Of a stretch of 30,320 bases of DNA, positions 6,012 through 15,220 are shown piece by piece. A program made the translations under genes and the position numbers. The notes below the pieces were generated by a model. The model was given only the letters and a program-made list of their open reading frames with translations, did no database searches and was not told the DNA's origin. The stretch lies in the NCBI GenBank assembly GCA_040902005.1, contig JBBDYA010000056.1, positions 1,688-32,007 of the forward strand, read 5' to 3'. The DNA is from Gemmatimonadaceae bacterium (GTDB taxonomy: Bacteria; Gemmatimonadota; Gemmatimonadetes; Gemmatimonadales; Gemmatimonadaceae). Position 1 is the first letter of the stretch; every line of letters begins with the position of its first letter.

Positions 6012-8660
6012 ATGCGCAGCGTCCACGAGCCCTGGCTTCCGCCCGACCGCGAAGCGTTCGTACAGGCCGACCCGCCTACGGGGCGCGTCATCGTCATCGC
6101 GCCCACGCGTGCGGCATGCGAAACGATCGAGCTCGCCCTCGCCCTGCGCATCGACACCTTCCTCGAGACGAACCACGGCGCGCGCGTGCGCGAGCTGGCG
6201 CGATCGGGCCAGGGATTCGGCATCGTCGCCGGCACGGGCACGGGGAAGACGCTGGCCATCCGTCCGATCGCGGAAGAGATCCTGGGGACGAAGGCGCTCA
6301 AGGTCGGGGTGGTCAACCGCGAGCGCGAGGCCACGCCCGACACGCCGAGCTGGAACGTCATCATCGTCACCACGGGCATCGCGCGGCGCTGGTTCGAGGA
6401 GAACGACATTCTGCCGAGCGACACGCTCGTGGTGGACGAGATCCATCAGACGTCGGCGGAGCTCGAGCTGTGTCTCGCGCTGGGCAAGCGCACACGGTGC
6501 CGCTTCATATGGTTGTCCGCCACCGTGGATCCCACGTTTTATCGTGAGTATCTCGATTCGGCGGACGTCCTCGAGGTGTACGAGTTCGACCAGGAGAAGG
6601 CGGCGCAGGTGAAGGTCGTGCGGAAGGATCCGCTGGAGTTTCTCGATCATCGCTTTCTTCAGCAGGTGCGCAAGGAGCGCCGCGGCGTGGCGATGTTCGT
6701 TCCGACGCGCAAGGGCGTGGAAGAGGTGGCGTCGCACGTGCAGCACCACGCGCCCGGCGTGACCACGGCGTTCTACCACGGCGGGGAACCGATTCGCATC
6801 CTGCGTCCCTTCCTGGAGCAGGGAGAACGGAAGCCGTACTTCCTCTCGATGACGGCGGCGGGACAAAGCGCGCTGAACGTGCGTGGGCTGGACACCGTGA
6901 TCATCGACGACAAGCGGTTTTTCAACGTGATCGACCGCGGCCGCAACGTGCTCACGCAGGAGCACCTGGGCGCGAACGAGATTCTCCAGATGGCGGGCCG
7001 GGTGCACGGCCGCGTGGCCGGCGGGCGCGTCTTCATCCTGTCCGACCGCGACATCTTCTTCACCGCGCTGAAGCCGACCGCGCCGGAGTTCCAGCTGGCG
7101 GGCGACTCGGAGCGCGTCGCGATGACCTGCGCGGCGCTCGGCGTGCGCGCGGACGAGCTGGACCTTCCCGTGCCGCTGGACAAGGTGGCCTATCGCAACG
7201 CCGTGTCGCTGCTGGAGCAGCGCGGCATCATCGACAAGGGGCGGCTCACCAAATACGGCCGTGCCGTGGAAGCGATGCCCGTGGAGCGCAACTGGGCCGA
7301 GCTGCTGGTGAACGGCGACGACGACCTGATGCCTTGCCTCGCGGTGATGGCGTCGATCGAGTCGCTGCACCGGATGACGCGCGAGGAACGGGATCTCGAT
7401 GGCGTGATCGTTCCCGGCAGCGATCATCTCACGGCGTACAACCTGTACGCCGAGGCGTTCGAGACCGCCGGGCGGATGGGGGAAGTGTACGGACTCCCGC
7501 GCCACCTGTTCGACGAGCAGGAGGTGGACGACTGGGCGGAACGGCGCGGGGTGCTCGTGAAGTCGGTGGAGGACGCCGCGCTGGGCATGGCCAGCATCTA
7601 CCGCGCCGTGGGGCTCGCGCTGCCACACCGGATGCCCAACGCGGGGGAGGGAACGTTAGCGAAATTTCAGGAGCTGCTCGCGCGGTTCATGCCGTTCTCC
7701 CTGGTGATCGACGAGGCAACCGCGGCCGGGGAAAACGTCCGGGTGTCCAAGACGAGCGTCGCGGGCAGCTGGGGTGCGATCGCCGGCGACCTGCGCTACT
7801 TCGCGGACAAGATGGGCATTCCGCGCGCGGGGATCGAAGGCACCAACGTGCCCATGGCGATGATCCGGCGGTACGCCGTGGAGAGCGCGCCGGAGCTGGC
7901 GTTCACCCCCGACTCCAAACGGGCGCCGCTCGTGCTGAAACGGCGCGTGAGTTATCACGGCTTCGAGCTCGAGCGCGAGGTGGAACCGATCGACGCGGTA
8001 CCGCCGGAGTTGCAGCCGCGGGCGCGCCGCCTCATGGCGGAGTCCCTCGCGCGCGGCGAGGCGCGGCATGGCGCGGCGCGGCACGACCGCGTGGCGATCG
8101 AGGAAATCCGCGAAAGCTGGCGCCGCTCGGGCGGGACCACGCCCCGGCTCGGCGTCGACGAGCTGGCGCAGCTCTATGAAGGGCAGCTCGCCGAGCAGGG
8201 CGTGACGTCGTTCGACGACTTCCAGCGCGCGCGTCTGGGCATCGACGACGAGGCAATCCTGCCGCAGCGCGAGCGGGCACGGTATCTGTCGCTGCCGGAC
8301 GTGGTCGAGATCCGCGGGCGCGAGATTCCGGTGCGGTACGATGTGGAGGAAACGCCCGAAGGCAATCGCGCGGTGGCGCGCCTGACGCTGCCGGAGAAAT
8401 TCGCGCGGAATCTCGTGGAGGAGGAATTGCCCGTGCTCGATCGTCCGCTGCGGTTCGTGGTGACGCGGGGACAACGCGGCGCGGCGCGCGGCGACACGCT
8501 GGACGCGCTGCGCCACGAGCTGGAGCGGCCGTTCACGGACGACGAGCTTGCGCACCTGGATCGCGCGGCCCGGCGCCAGCGCGAGGAGCGGCACCAGCCG
8601 ACCCGCAAACCCAAGCGCGGTCCGGGACGGGGACCCAAGGGCGGGCGCAAGCGCCGCTAA
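6012..8660 (+). CDS. DExH-box (HrpA/HrpB-like) SF2 helicase
   Basis: Walker A GTGTGKT, DEIH, SAT, FVPTR, QMAGRVHGR, an HA2-like LT..GR segment and a basic C-terminal tail. Confidence 0.88.
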   Translation: MRSVHEPWLPPDREAFVQADPPTGRVIVIAPTRAACETIELALALRIDTFLETNHGARVRELARSGQGFGIVAGTGTGKTLAIRPIAEEILGTKALKVGVVNREREATPDTPSWNVIIVTTGIARRWFEENDILPSDTLVVDEIHQTSAELELCLALGKRTRCRFIWLSATVDPTFYREYLDSADVLEVYEFDQEKAAQVKVVRKDPLEFLDHRFLQQVRKERRGVAMFVPTRKGVEEVASHVQHHAPGVTTAFYHGGEPIRILRPFLEQGERKPYFLSMTAAGQSALNVRGLDTVIIDDKRFFNVIDRGRNVLTQEHLGANEILQMAGRVHGRVAGGRVFILSDRDIFFTALKPTAPEFQLAGDSERVAMTCAALGVRADELDLPVPLDKVAYRNAVSLLEQRGIIDKGRLTKYGRAVEAMPVERNWAELLVNGDDDLMPCLAVMASIESLHRMTREERDLDGVIVPGSDHLTAYNLYAEAFETAGRMGEVYGLPRHLFDEQEVDDWAERRGVLVKSVEDAALGMASIYRAVGLALPHRMPNAGEGTLAKFQELLARFMPFSLVIDEATAAGENVRVSKTSVAGSWGAIAGDLRYFADKMGIPRAGIEGTNVPMAMIRRYAVESAPELAFTPDSKRAPLVLKRRVSYHGFELEREVEPIDAVPPELQPRARRLMAESLARGEARHGAARHDRVAIEEIRESWRRSGGTTPRLGVDELAQLYEGQLAEQGVTSFDDFQRARLGIDDEAILPQRERARYLSLPDVVEIRGREIPVRYDVEETPEGNRAVARLTLPEKFARNLVEEELPVLDRPLRFVVTRGQRGAARGDTLDALRHELERPFTDDELAHLDRAARRQREERHQPTRKPKRGPGRGPKGGRKRR

Positions 8661-9362
8661 GGATCCTCTGAACGATGCACGTTCAAGTATTGGTTCTTCA
8701 CGGAATTCCGGGGGGAGAGGCACTTCATCGCGGATGGTCGCGGACCAGGTCCAGCGTCCGAACCACGGAGGACACGGAGGCACGGACGACCGTAGGTGGC
8801 GATGACGGCCCGATGACGTGTACAAGCAGCTTCATGCCATGGCCTCCGGCAGATCACCGCGTCCACCTCGGTTGATTCATGCGCCACGAAACGCGCAACA
8901 AGTGTTCGTCGACGAGTGCACCGGCGATGTAGTGGACGCGGCATTCAAGGTTCACTCGGCGCTCGGACCCGGTTTGCTCGAAAGCGCCTATGCAGCCTGC
9001 CTTGCGCACGAGCTTCGCGTGCGGGGGCGCGAAGTAAAGACGCAACTTCCTCTCCCAATCGAGTATGACGGAATGCGGATCGACGCCGGGTATCGCCTCG
9101 ACATGCTCGTTGATGACATCGTGGTAGTGGAGCTCAAGGCCGTTGCCAAGGTCCTTCCGATTCATCATGCCCAGCTGCTGTCCTATCTGAAAGTTGAGCA
9201 GGCGCGCTGCCGGCCTCTTGATCAACTTCCACGAAGTCCACCTCAAAGATGGCGTCAAGCGCATTGTGACCTTCTCGTAGCCAGGTTCGCGACTGAACTC
9301 CTTCGCTCTCTCCGTGCCCTCCGTGCCCTCCGTGGTCCGCATCGACCGACTTCAGACGATCC
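8661..9362. mobile_element. IS/MITE-like cassette carrying a GxxExxY nuclease gene
   Basis: Terminal inverted repeats GGATCCTCTGAA (8661-8672) and TTCAGACGATCC (9351-9362) match 11/12. Flanks are CTAA and CTAG. Inner inverted CACGGAGG arrays at about 8762-8786 and 9310-9336. More A/T-ending codons than the flanking genes. Confidence 0.65.
8818..9280 (+). pseudogene. GxxExxY protein (PD-(D/E)XK nuclease superfamily), +1 frameshift near the C-terminus
   Basis: LGPGLLESAY, YRLDMLVDDIVVVELKAV and HHAQLLSYLK. An extra base at CTGAAAGTTG (9190-9193) shifts the conserved tail LSRRAAGLLINFHEVHLKDGVKRIVTFS* (TAG 9278-9280) into another frame. Start uncertain. Could be a sequencing error. Confidence 0.8.
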
Positions 9363-9914
9363 CTAGTCGTGCAGCAGGCGCTCGGCGACCACGCGCGATC
9401 CCTCGATGTTGACCTCCAGCCGCTCCGTCCGGTAGGCGCGAAACCCGCGCGACTGATACGACGGCACGGCGCGCGGCGAGTCCAGGGTGCACGTGTGGAG
9501 CCACACGCGGTGGCCGCCCATCGCGAATGCCTCACGCACCGCGCGCGTGAGCAGCATCCCGCCGATGCCGCGTCCGATGAACGTCGACACGAGCCCGATG
9601 TACACGATTTCCACAGAGCCGTCGTCGAGGCGCTGCAACTCGAAATAGCCAGCCACGTCCTCGCCGGCCCGCGCCAGCCAGAGGCCCACGGACGGCGACG
9701 CGAGGTGGCGCGCGAGCTCGTCGTCGCTCCACTCCAGGCGGTCGTGCCAGTACCACTCGGCGCCGACATCGTGGTACAGCCCGCGATACGTCTCCACGGG
9801 ACAGGGGGCGAGCTGCTCGATGGTGACGCCGGCCACGTCCTTCGCCGGACGAAGCGCCGCCGGGTGTTCGAGCGCGAGGTACGTCCGAACGACCTGGACG
9901 CTGCGCAGGGTTAT
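9363..9914 (-). CDS. GNAT family N-acetyltransferase
   Basis: GYFEL, YIGLVSTFIGRGIGGMLL (acetyl-CoA motif A), VWLHTCTLDSPRA and YQSRGF. Start inferred at ATA 9914 or CTG 9908. Confidence 0.85.
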   Translation of the reverse strand: MTLRSVQVVRTYLALEHPAALRPAKDVAGVTIEQLAPCPVETYRGLYHDVGAEWYWHDRLEWSDDELARHLASPSVGLWLARAGEDVAGYFELQRLDDGSVEIVYIGLVSTFIGRGIGGMLLTRAVREAFAMGGHRVWLHTCTLDSPRAVPSYQSRGFRAYRTERLEVNIEGSRVVAERLLHD

Positions 9915-10576
9915 GTCGCCCGGGCGCGGGCGCGGTGGCGCGCGGCCTTGGCGCGGTTGCCGCACGTGGACATGTCGCACCAGCGTCGCGCGGCGTTCTT
10001 GGTACCGTCGTAGAAGACGCGCGCACAGCGGGGATCGGCGCAGCGGCGCACGCGCGCGAGTTCGCCGAGGATCAGCGCGTCCGCCGCGGACTCCACCACG
10101 GGGATCATGAGTCCGGCGAAGGCGTCGCCCACCGGCACGAAGGACCGCGCGAACGTGCCGTCCGCGCGCATCTCGAGGCGGCGCGTGCCCGCGCTGCGTC
10201 CCAGCACGCGGTTGATCTCCGCCAGCACGTCCAGCCGCACCTGCTGCGTCACCGCGCCGCGCTCGGCGAGCACGCGCAGCGCCGAGCGCACGCGGCGGGC
10301 GTCCACCAGCGCGGCTGTCGCCCCGCTCGGCTGCTGGACCGCACGGCGGCGCATCATCTGCGCCCGGTCGCCATCCAGGGACACCGAAGACTCGAGCCAG
10401 GCCACCAGCCCGTCGAAATCGCCAACCTGGTCTCCGGCATGCACGCCGCCGTCGGTGTTGACGAAGTCCAGCCACAAGCGTTCGCCCACAAAGGTGAATG
10501 TGGAGCGACTGGTCCGCGCGCTCGTCATGGGCGGCGGTGTCAGCTCGGCGGAGGGCGGCGTCGCTGTCGTCAGCAT
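9911..10576 (-). CDS. CGNR zinc-finger / ABATE domain protein
   Basis: LWLDFVNT at the N-terminus and CADPRC...RRWCDMSTCGNRAKAARHR at the C-terminus. Confidence 0.9.
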   Translation of the reverse strand: MLTTATPPSAELTPPPMTSARTSRSTFTFVGERLWLDFVNTDGGVHAGDQVGDFDGLVAWLESSVSLDGDRAQMMRRRAVQQPSGATAALVDARRVRSALRVLAERGAVTQQVRLDVLAEINRVLGRSAGTRRLEMRADGTFARSFVPVGDAFAGLMIPVVESAADALILGELARVRRCADPRCARVFYDGTKNAARRWCDMSTCGNRAKAARHRARARAT

Positions 10577-10637
10577 TGGCCGTCTAGCATATCGCGCCGC
10601 GCAGAGGTGCGCTAGACGCGGTTTCCGAACCAGGTCC

Positions 10638-12089
10638 CTAGGTTCGCACCGATTGCGGCTCGCCGGGAGACCGCAATCCCGGGATCTTCGCGCGCCGCTT
10701 TGCCAGCGCCTGCAATCCATCGTACGCGGCGTACTTGAAGGCGTCCGACAGCGCGGGGTAGTTGAACACGCTCTGGATGAAATAGTCGATGGTGCCGCCA
10801 AAGCTCATCACGCACGCGGCCAGGTGGATCAGCTCGCAGGCCTGCTCGCCCACGATGGACACGCCGAGCACTCGCTGGTCGTCGGGGCTGAAGATGAGCT
10901 TCACGAAACCATCGGTGTCGCCGAGAATCTGGCCGCGCGGATTGGAGCGGTAGCTCGCGCGTCCCACTTCGTAGGGCACCTCGCGCGCCTTGAGCGTGTC
11001 TTCCGTCTCTCCGACGGTCGCGATCTCCGGAATGGTCCACACGCCATAGGGAAGCACCGACGACACCTCCCGCTTGTACCGCAGATCGAACGCGTGACAC
11101 ACGGCGACGCGCGCCTGCTCCATCGCGGTGGACGCGAGCGCCGGAAATCCGATGATGTCGCCCGCCGCGTAGATGCTGGGCACCGCGGTCCGGTAGTTCG
11201 CGTCCACCTGCACGTAGCCGCGCTGGTTGCACTGGACGCCGACCGCCTCGAGCCCGAGTCCGTCGGTGTTGCCCACCCGCCCCGCGCTGAAGAGCACGAC
11301 GTCGCTGTACACGGTGTTGCCGTCGGTGAGCACGACGCGTGCGTGCTCGCCCTCGACCGCGATCTCCGTGGGCTCGGTATTCACGAGGACGGAGATCCCC
11401 ACGCGCGAGGTCATCTGCTGGCGCAGGGCGTCGCCCACTTCCGCATCCAGATGCGCGAGCAGGCGCGAGCGGGAATTGACGATCGTGACCTTCACGCCGA
11501 GCGCGGCAAAGATGCACGCGTACTCGCATCCGATCACGCCGCCGCCGATGACCACCATGCGCGCGGGAATCTTCTCGAGGGTCAGCAGGGAATCGCTGTC
11601 GACGATGATCGTGCCGTCCACCGCCACGCCCGTGGGCTGTTGCGGATGCGAGCCGGTGGCGAGCAGAATCGCGTCGGCGGTGATGGTGCGGTTCTCCTCA
11701 CCGTAGCGCGCCACGTCCACCGCGTTCGGCCCCGTGACGGTGGCCGTTCCCTGAACGACGGTGACGTGGTGCCGCTTGAGGTTGTCGTCGATCAGCGCCC
11801 ACGAGGCTTCCACGACCGCTCGCTCGCGGTACATGAAGTCGGCGATGGTGATGTCGTGCTTCACGCGCAGATCCACGCCGTACAGGCCGCGCTGGCGCAG
11901 TCCGCTGAAGTACAGGGCGGTTTCGCGCAGTGTCTTGGAGGGAATCGTTCCCGTGTTCACGGCCGCGCCCCCTGGCCGTGGAGCGCGCTCGATCACGCAA
12001 ACGCGCTTGCCGAAGTATGCGGCCTGCGCCGCGCCTTTTTCGCCGGCGGGACCGGCACCGATGACGACGAGGTCGAAGTGATCGCTCAT
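10638..12089 (-). CDS. sthA: Soluble Si-specific NAD(P)+ transhydrogenase
   Basis: MSDHFDLVVIGAGPAGEKGAAQAAYFGK, GTIPSKTLRE, GGGVIGCEYA, AAGDIIGFPALAS and FNYPALSDAFKYAAYD. ATG at 12089 overlaps the upstream TGA. Confidence 0.92.
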   Translation of the reverse strand: MSDHFDLVVIGAGPAGEKGAAQAAYFGKRVCVIERAPRPGGAAVNTGTIPSKTLRETALYFSGLRQRGLYGVDLRVKHDITIADFMYRERAVVEASWALIDDNLKRHHVTVVQGTATVTGPNAVDVARYGEENRTITADAILLATGSHPQQPTGVAVDGTIIVDSDSLLTLEKIPARMVVIGGGVIGCEYACIFAALGVKVTIVNSRSRLLAHLDAEVGDALRQQMTSRVGISVLVNTEPTEIAVEGEHARVVLTDGNTVYSDVVLFSAGRVGNTDGLGLEAVGVQCNQRGYVQVDANYRTAVPSIYAAGDIIGFPALASTAMEQARVAVCHAFDLRYKREVSSVLPYGVWTIPEIATVGETEDTLKAREVPYEVGRASYRSNPRGQILGDTDGFVKLIFSPDDQRVLGVSIVGEQACELIHLAACVMSFGGTIDYFIQSVFNYPALSDAFKYAAYDGLQALAKRRAKIPGLRSPGEPQSVRT

Positions 12090-13066
12090 GGGCCTGGGAG
12101 CAGGGTCAGCGCATCCTCTCGATACTGGAGCCAGCCGCCCTCCTCCTCCGCCACGAGTTCCACTTCGGTCCCCAGCGGGAGCGTGAGGTTCGGAATCTCG
12201 TGGCCCGCGGGAAAGTCCATGAGGACGGGCACGTCCAGGTCGGCCACGAGGTCCAGCACGAAGTCGTCGAACTCGTCCTCCTCCGAGCGATCGAGCGAGA
12301 GGTGCCCGAAGACGATGCCGCGCACGCGCTGGAGCAGCCCCGCCGCGCGCAGATGGAGCAGCCGCTCGTCCACCACCGACATGGGGTCCTTGGTTTCCTC
12401 GAGGAAGAGAATGGCGTCGTCCACCGGCACCTCGTACGGCGTGCCGATGGATTGCTGCACGAGCGAGAGGTTGCCACCCACCAGACGACCGACGGCGTGT
12501 CCGGGTCGCACCGACCGGCATGCGCCGCGGCCAAGGCGCGCGCCGGGCTGCGGCACGGTGAGCGCCGTCAGCAGCGATGCCATCGTGGGATCGCGCTGCC
12601 CGGGAGCCAGGTCGTCCACCGTGGGACCGTGAAAGGTGCGCAAGCCGGCGCGGCGGTTCAGCCACAGGTGCAACGCGGTGATGTCCGAGTAGCCCACGAA
12701 GCTCTTCGGGTTGAGCCGGAACAGCTCCGGCTCGAGGTACGGGATCATGCGCACGGCACCATAGCCCCCGGTGCCTCCGATGACGGCGGTGATCTCCGGA
12801 TCGGCCCACATGGCCATGAAGTTCTCCGCGCGTCGCTCATCCTCCTGGCGCTGGAACCGGCGGTGCGTCATCAGCTCGGGGTCCAGGCGCACGCGGTAGC
12901 CCGCGCGCTCCAGCGCGCGAACGCCGCGCGTCAGCCATCCCTCCCGCGGCGAGTACGACGGCGCGACCACGCCGATGGTGTCGCCTTTCAGGAGCGCGCG
13001 CGGAAGGAGAAGGGACCCCGACGCGGATTCCGTTGCGGTCGGGGCGAGGTCGGCGATGAGAGTCAT
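12086..13066 (-). CDS. LD-carboxypeptidase (peptidase S66)
   Basis: VVAPS, GGYG, GYSDIT (Ser), GGNL, FLEE (Glu) and AGH (His) give the catalytic triad. Confidence 0.9.
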   Translation of the reverse strand: MTLIADLAPTATESASGSLLLPRALLKGDTIGVVAPSYSPREGWLTRGVRALERAGYRVRLDPELMTHRRFQRQEDERRAENFMAMWADPEITAVIGGTGGYGAVRMIPYLEPELFRLNPKSFVGYSDITALHLWLNRRAGLRTFHGPTVDDLAPGQRDPTMASLLTALTVPQPGARLGRGACRSVRPGHAVGRLVGGNLSLVQQSIGTPYEVPVDDAILFLEETKDPMSVVDERLLHLRAAGLLQRVRGIVFGHLSLDRSEEDEFDDFVLDLVADLDVPVLMDFPAGHEIPNLTLPLGTEVELVAEEEGGWLQYREDALTLLPGP

Positions 13067-13173
13067 TCTGGGCGACGGCGGGTGGTGGCTGGAATGTACC
13101 CCGCTGTCCGGAACCCAGCGACCAAATCGCCGCGTTCGTCACCGAAAGCACCGCACGGGGGCTAAATTCCGGC

Positions 13174-14385
13174 ATGCCCCCTCCTGACCCAAGTACCTAC
13201 TACAGAAAGGGTTTCGGCCTCAAAGCCGAAGTCCAGGACGAGTTGGCCGCCGACTACAGCGGCCGGCTTGTGGACCGCATGCGGGCAGAGGACTACACCC
13301 TGACCGTGGGGGACGTGACCATTCGCCTGGCGCGGGAATTCGGCTTCTGCTATGGCGTGGAGCGCGCGGTGGACTACGCCTACCAGGCGCGCCGCAAGTT
13401 CCCGGGGCGCCGCACCTGGCTCGTGGGCGAGATCATCCACAACCCGCACGTCAATGAACGCCTGCGGGACATGGGCATCGAGATCCTCCTGCCCAGCGAT
13501 GGCGCGTTCGATTTTTCGCGAGTGACGCCGGACGACGTCGTGATCCTTCCGGCCTTCGGCGTGACCATCCACGACTTCGAGACGCTGCGCGGCATCGGCT
13601 GCGTGCTCGTGGATACCACGTGCGGCTCGGTGCTCAACGTGTGGAAGCGCGTGGACAGCTATGCCCGCGACGGCTTCACCGCGCTCATCCACGGCAAGCA
13701 CTATCACGAGGAAACCCGCGCGACGGCGTCGCAGGCGCGCAAGCACCAGGGGCACTACCTGATCGTTCGGGACATGAATGAAGCACGCCTGGTGTGCGAC
13801 TTCATCGAAGGACGCGCGGATGCGGAAACACTCATGACAACGCTCGGCCATACAGCGTCGCCGGGGTTCGATCCCGCGCGCGACCTCCAGCGGGTGGGCG
13901 TGGCGAATCAGACGACGATGCTCGCGAGCGAATCGCTCGCCATCGGCGCGGCGGTCGGCGACGCCATCGCGCGCGCCCGCGGCCAGGAAGCCCTCCAGGC
14001 GGATTTCCGCACCTTCGACACGATCTGCAGCGCCACCCAGGAGCGGCAGGACGCGGTGAAGGACCTCCTGCGCGACCCGCTCGACGTGATGGTCGTGATC
14101 GGTGGGTTCAATTCCAGCAACACCATCTCCCTCGCGGCACTCTGCGCCGAACAGGTGGCCACGTACCACGTGGAATCGCCGCGCGGAATCGATCCGGACG
14201 CGGGCACGGTGCACTACCGCCTGCCCGGCGTGCACCATCACGAGGCGGACAAGCGCGGCTGGCTGCCGGTCGGGCCGGTGGTGCTCGGCATCACGGCCGG
14301 GGCGAGCACGCCGAATTCCAAGATCGGCGAGGCGGTGGTGCGCATCCTGGCGACGCGCGGGCTGGAACTGCCGGACGTGGCGTGA
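13174..14385 (+). CDS. ispH: 4-hydroxy-3-methylbut-2-enyl diphosphate reductase
   Basis: FGFCYGVERA, IIHNPHV, DTTC, HEET, NQTT, TICSATQERQ, SSNT and TAGASTP. Confidence 0.96.
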   Translation: MPPPDPSTYYRKGFGLKAEVQDELAADYSGRLVDRMRAEDYTLTVGDVTIRLAREFGFCYGVERAVDYAYQARRKFPGRRTWLVGEIIHNPHVNERLRDMGIEILLPSDGAFDFSRVTPDDVVILPAFGVTIHDFETLRGIGCVLVDTTCGSVLNVWKRVDSYARDGFTALIHGKHYHEETRATASQARKHQGHYLIVRDMNEARLVCDFIEGRADAETLMTTLGHTASPGFDPARDLQRVGVANQTTMLASESLAIGAAVGDAIARARGQEALQADFRTFDTICSATQERQDAVKDLLRDPLDVMVVIGGFNSSNTISLAALCAEQVATYHVESPRGIDPDAGTVHYRLPGVHHHEADKRGWLPVGPVVLGITAGASTPNSKIGEAVVRILATRGLELPDVA

Positions 14386-14455
14386 GCGGTCGCGCTCCCG
14401 CGTGGCGCTCGCGACGGAACCGACGCTGACCGCCCACCGCTGACTCGACATCTGA

Positions 14456-15217
14456 ATGGAGTTCACGCAGTACATCGCCCTGGGTGATTCGATGTCCATC
14501 GATCTCTATCCGGCGCTCGATGCTGGTGAGATCGATGTGGCCGTCGCGCTCGAATGGAATGCGCACGCGGGCGCCGTGGCGCCGCTGGGCGCCGCGTCCC
14601 TGCTGCACCGGAACGATGACGGCCGCTATCCCGAATTCGAGGGGCAGGACCTCGTGACCCGCTACGGTGACCTCGCGGTGGCCAACGTGGCCGAGGATGG
14701 CGCGACGATCGGCGACGTCTTCGGGTCGCAGCTCCCCCAGGTCGAGGCAAGCGACGAGCCAACCCTGTTCACGCTGACCATCGGCGGGAACGACCTGCTC
14801 AGCGCCTTCGCCAACCGTCCGGCCCCCGCCCTGCTGCGGATGGTCGTCCGCGACATCGGCGACGCGCTGGACTTCCTGCTGGAGTCGCTGCGCCGCGTGC
14901 GCCCCGCCTCGCTGCTGATCGTCACCACGGTATACGATCCGTCCGACGACACGCGAAAGATCCCCGGCGTGTTCGACGGTGGGGCGCTGCCGCTGGAGTC
15001 GCTGCACGAGTTGAACGACCGGATCCGCGCGGCGGTGCGCGCCGCGCCGCGTGCCGCGCTGGCGGATGCCTACGCGCATTTCCTGGGGCACGGCGTGACC
15101 GCGGCGCCCGCCGACCGCTGGTACTGGACGCGCTCGTGGATCGAGCCGAGTGCGGTAGGGGCGAGTGAAATTCGCCGGCTGTGGCTTGACGCCCTGCACC
15201 TCCTGACCGAAGACTGA
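14456..15217 (+). CDS. SGNH/GDSL hydrolase family protein (block V atypical)
   Basis: ALGDSMS, DGAT and IGGNDL are present. Block V reads WIEPS instead of DxxHP. Confidence 0.8.
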   Translation: MEFTQYIALGDSMSIDLYPALDAGEIDVAVALEWNAHAGAVAPLGAASLLHRNDDGRYPEFEGQDLVTRYGDLAVANVAEDGATIGDVFGSQLPQVEASDEPTLFTLTIGGNDLLSAFANRPAPALLRMVVRDIGDALDFLLESLRRVRPASLLIVTTVYDPSDDTRKIPGVFDGGALPLESLHELNDRIRAAVRAAPRAALADAYAHFLGHGVTAAPADRWYWTRSWIEPSAVGASEIRRLWLDALHLLTED

Positions 15218-15220
15218 GGG

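Noticed and set aside
8854..9342. Minus-strand ORF beginning MRTTEGTEGTE
   Set aside because: It is a translation of the 9-bp repeat array plus the antisense of the GxxExxY gene, with no independent coding evidence.
9363..10475. Apparent 370-aa GNAT with long N-terminal extension (likewise the 796-aa ORF 17554..19944 and the 723-aa ORF 10638..12809)
   Set aside because: The extensions are off-frame read-through of the upstream genes (CGNR, actP, LD-carboxypeptidase), not true fusions.
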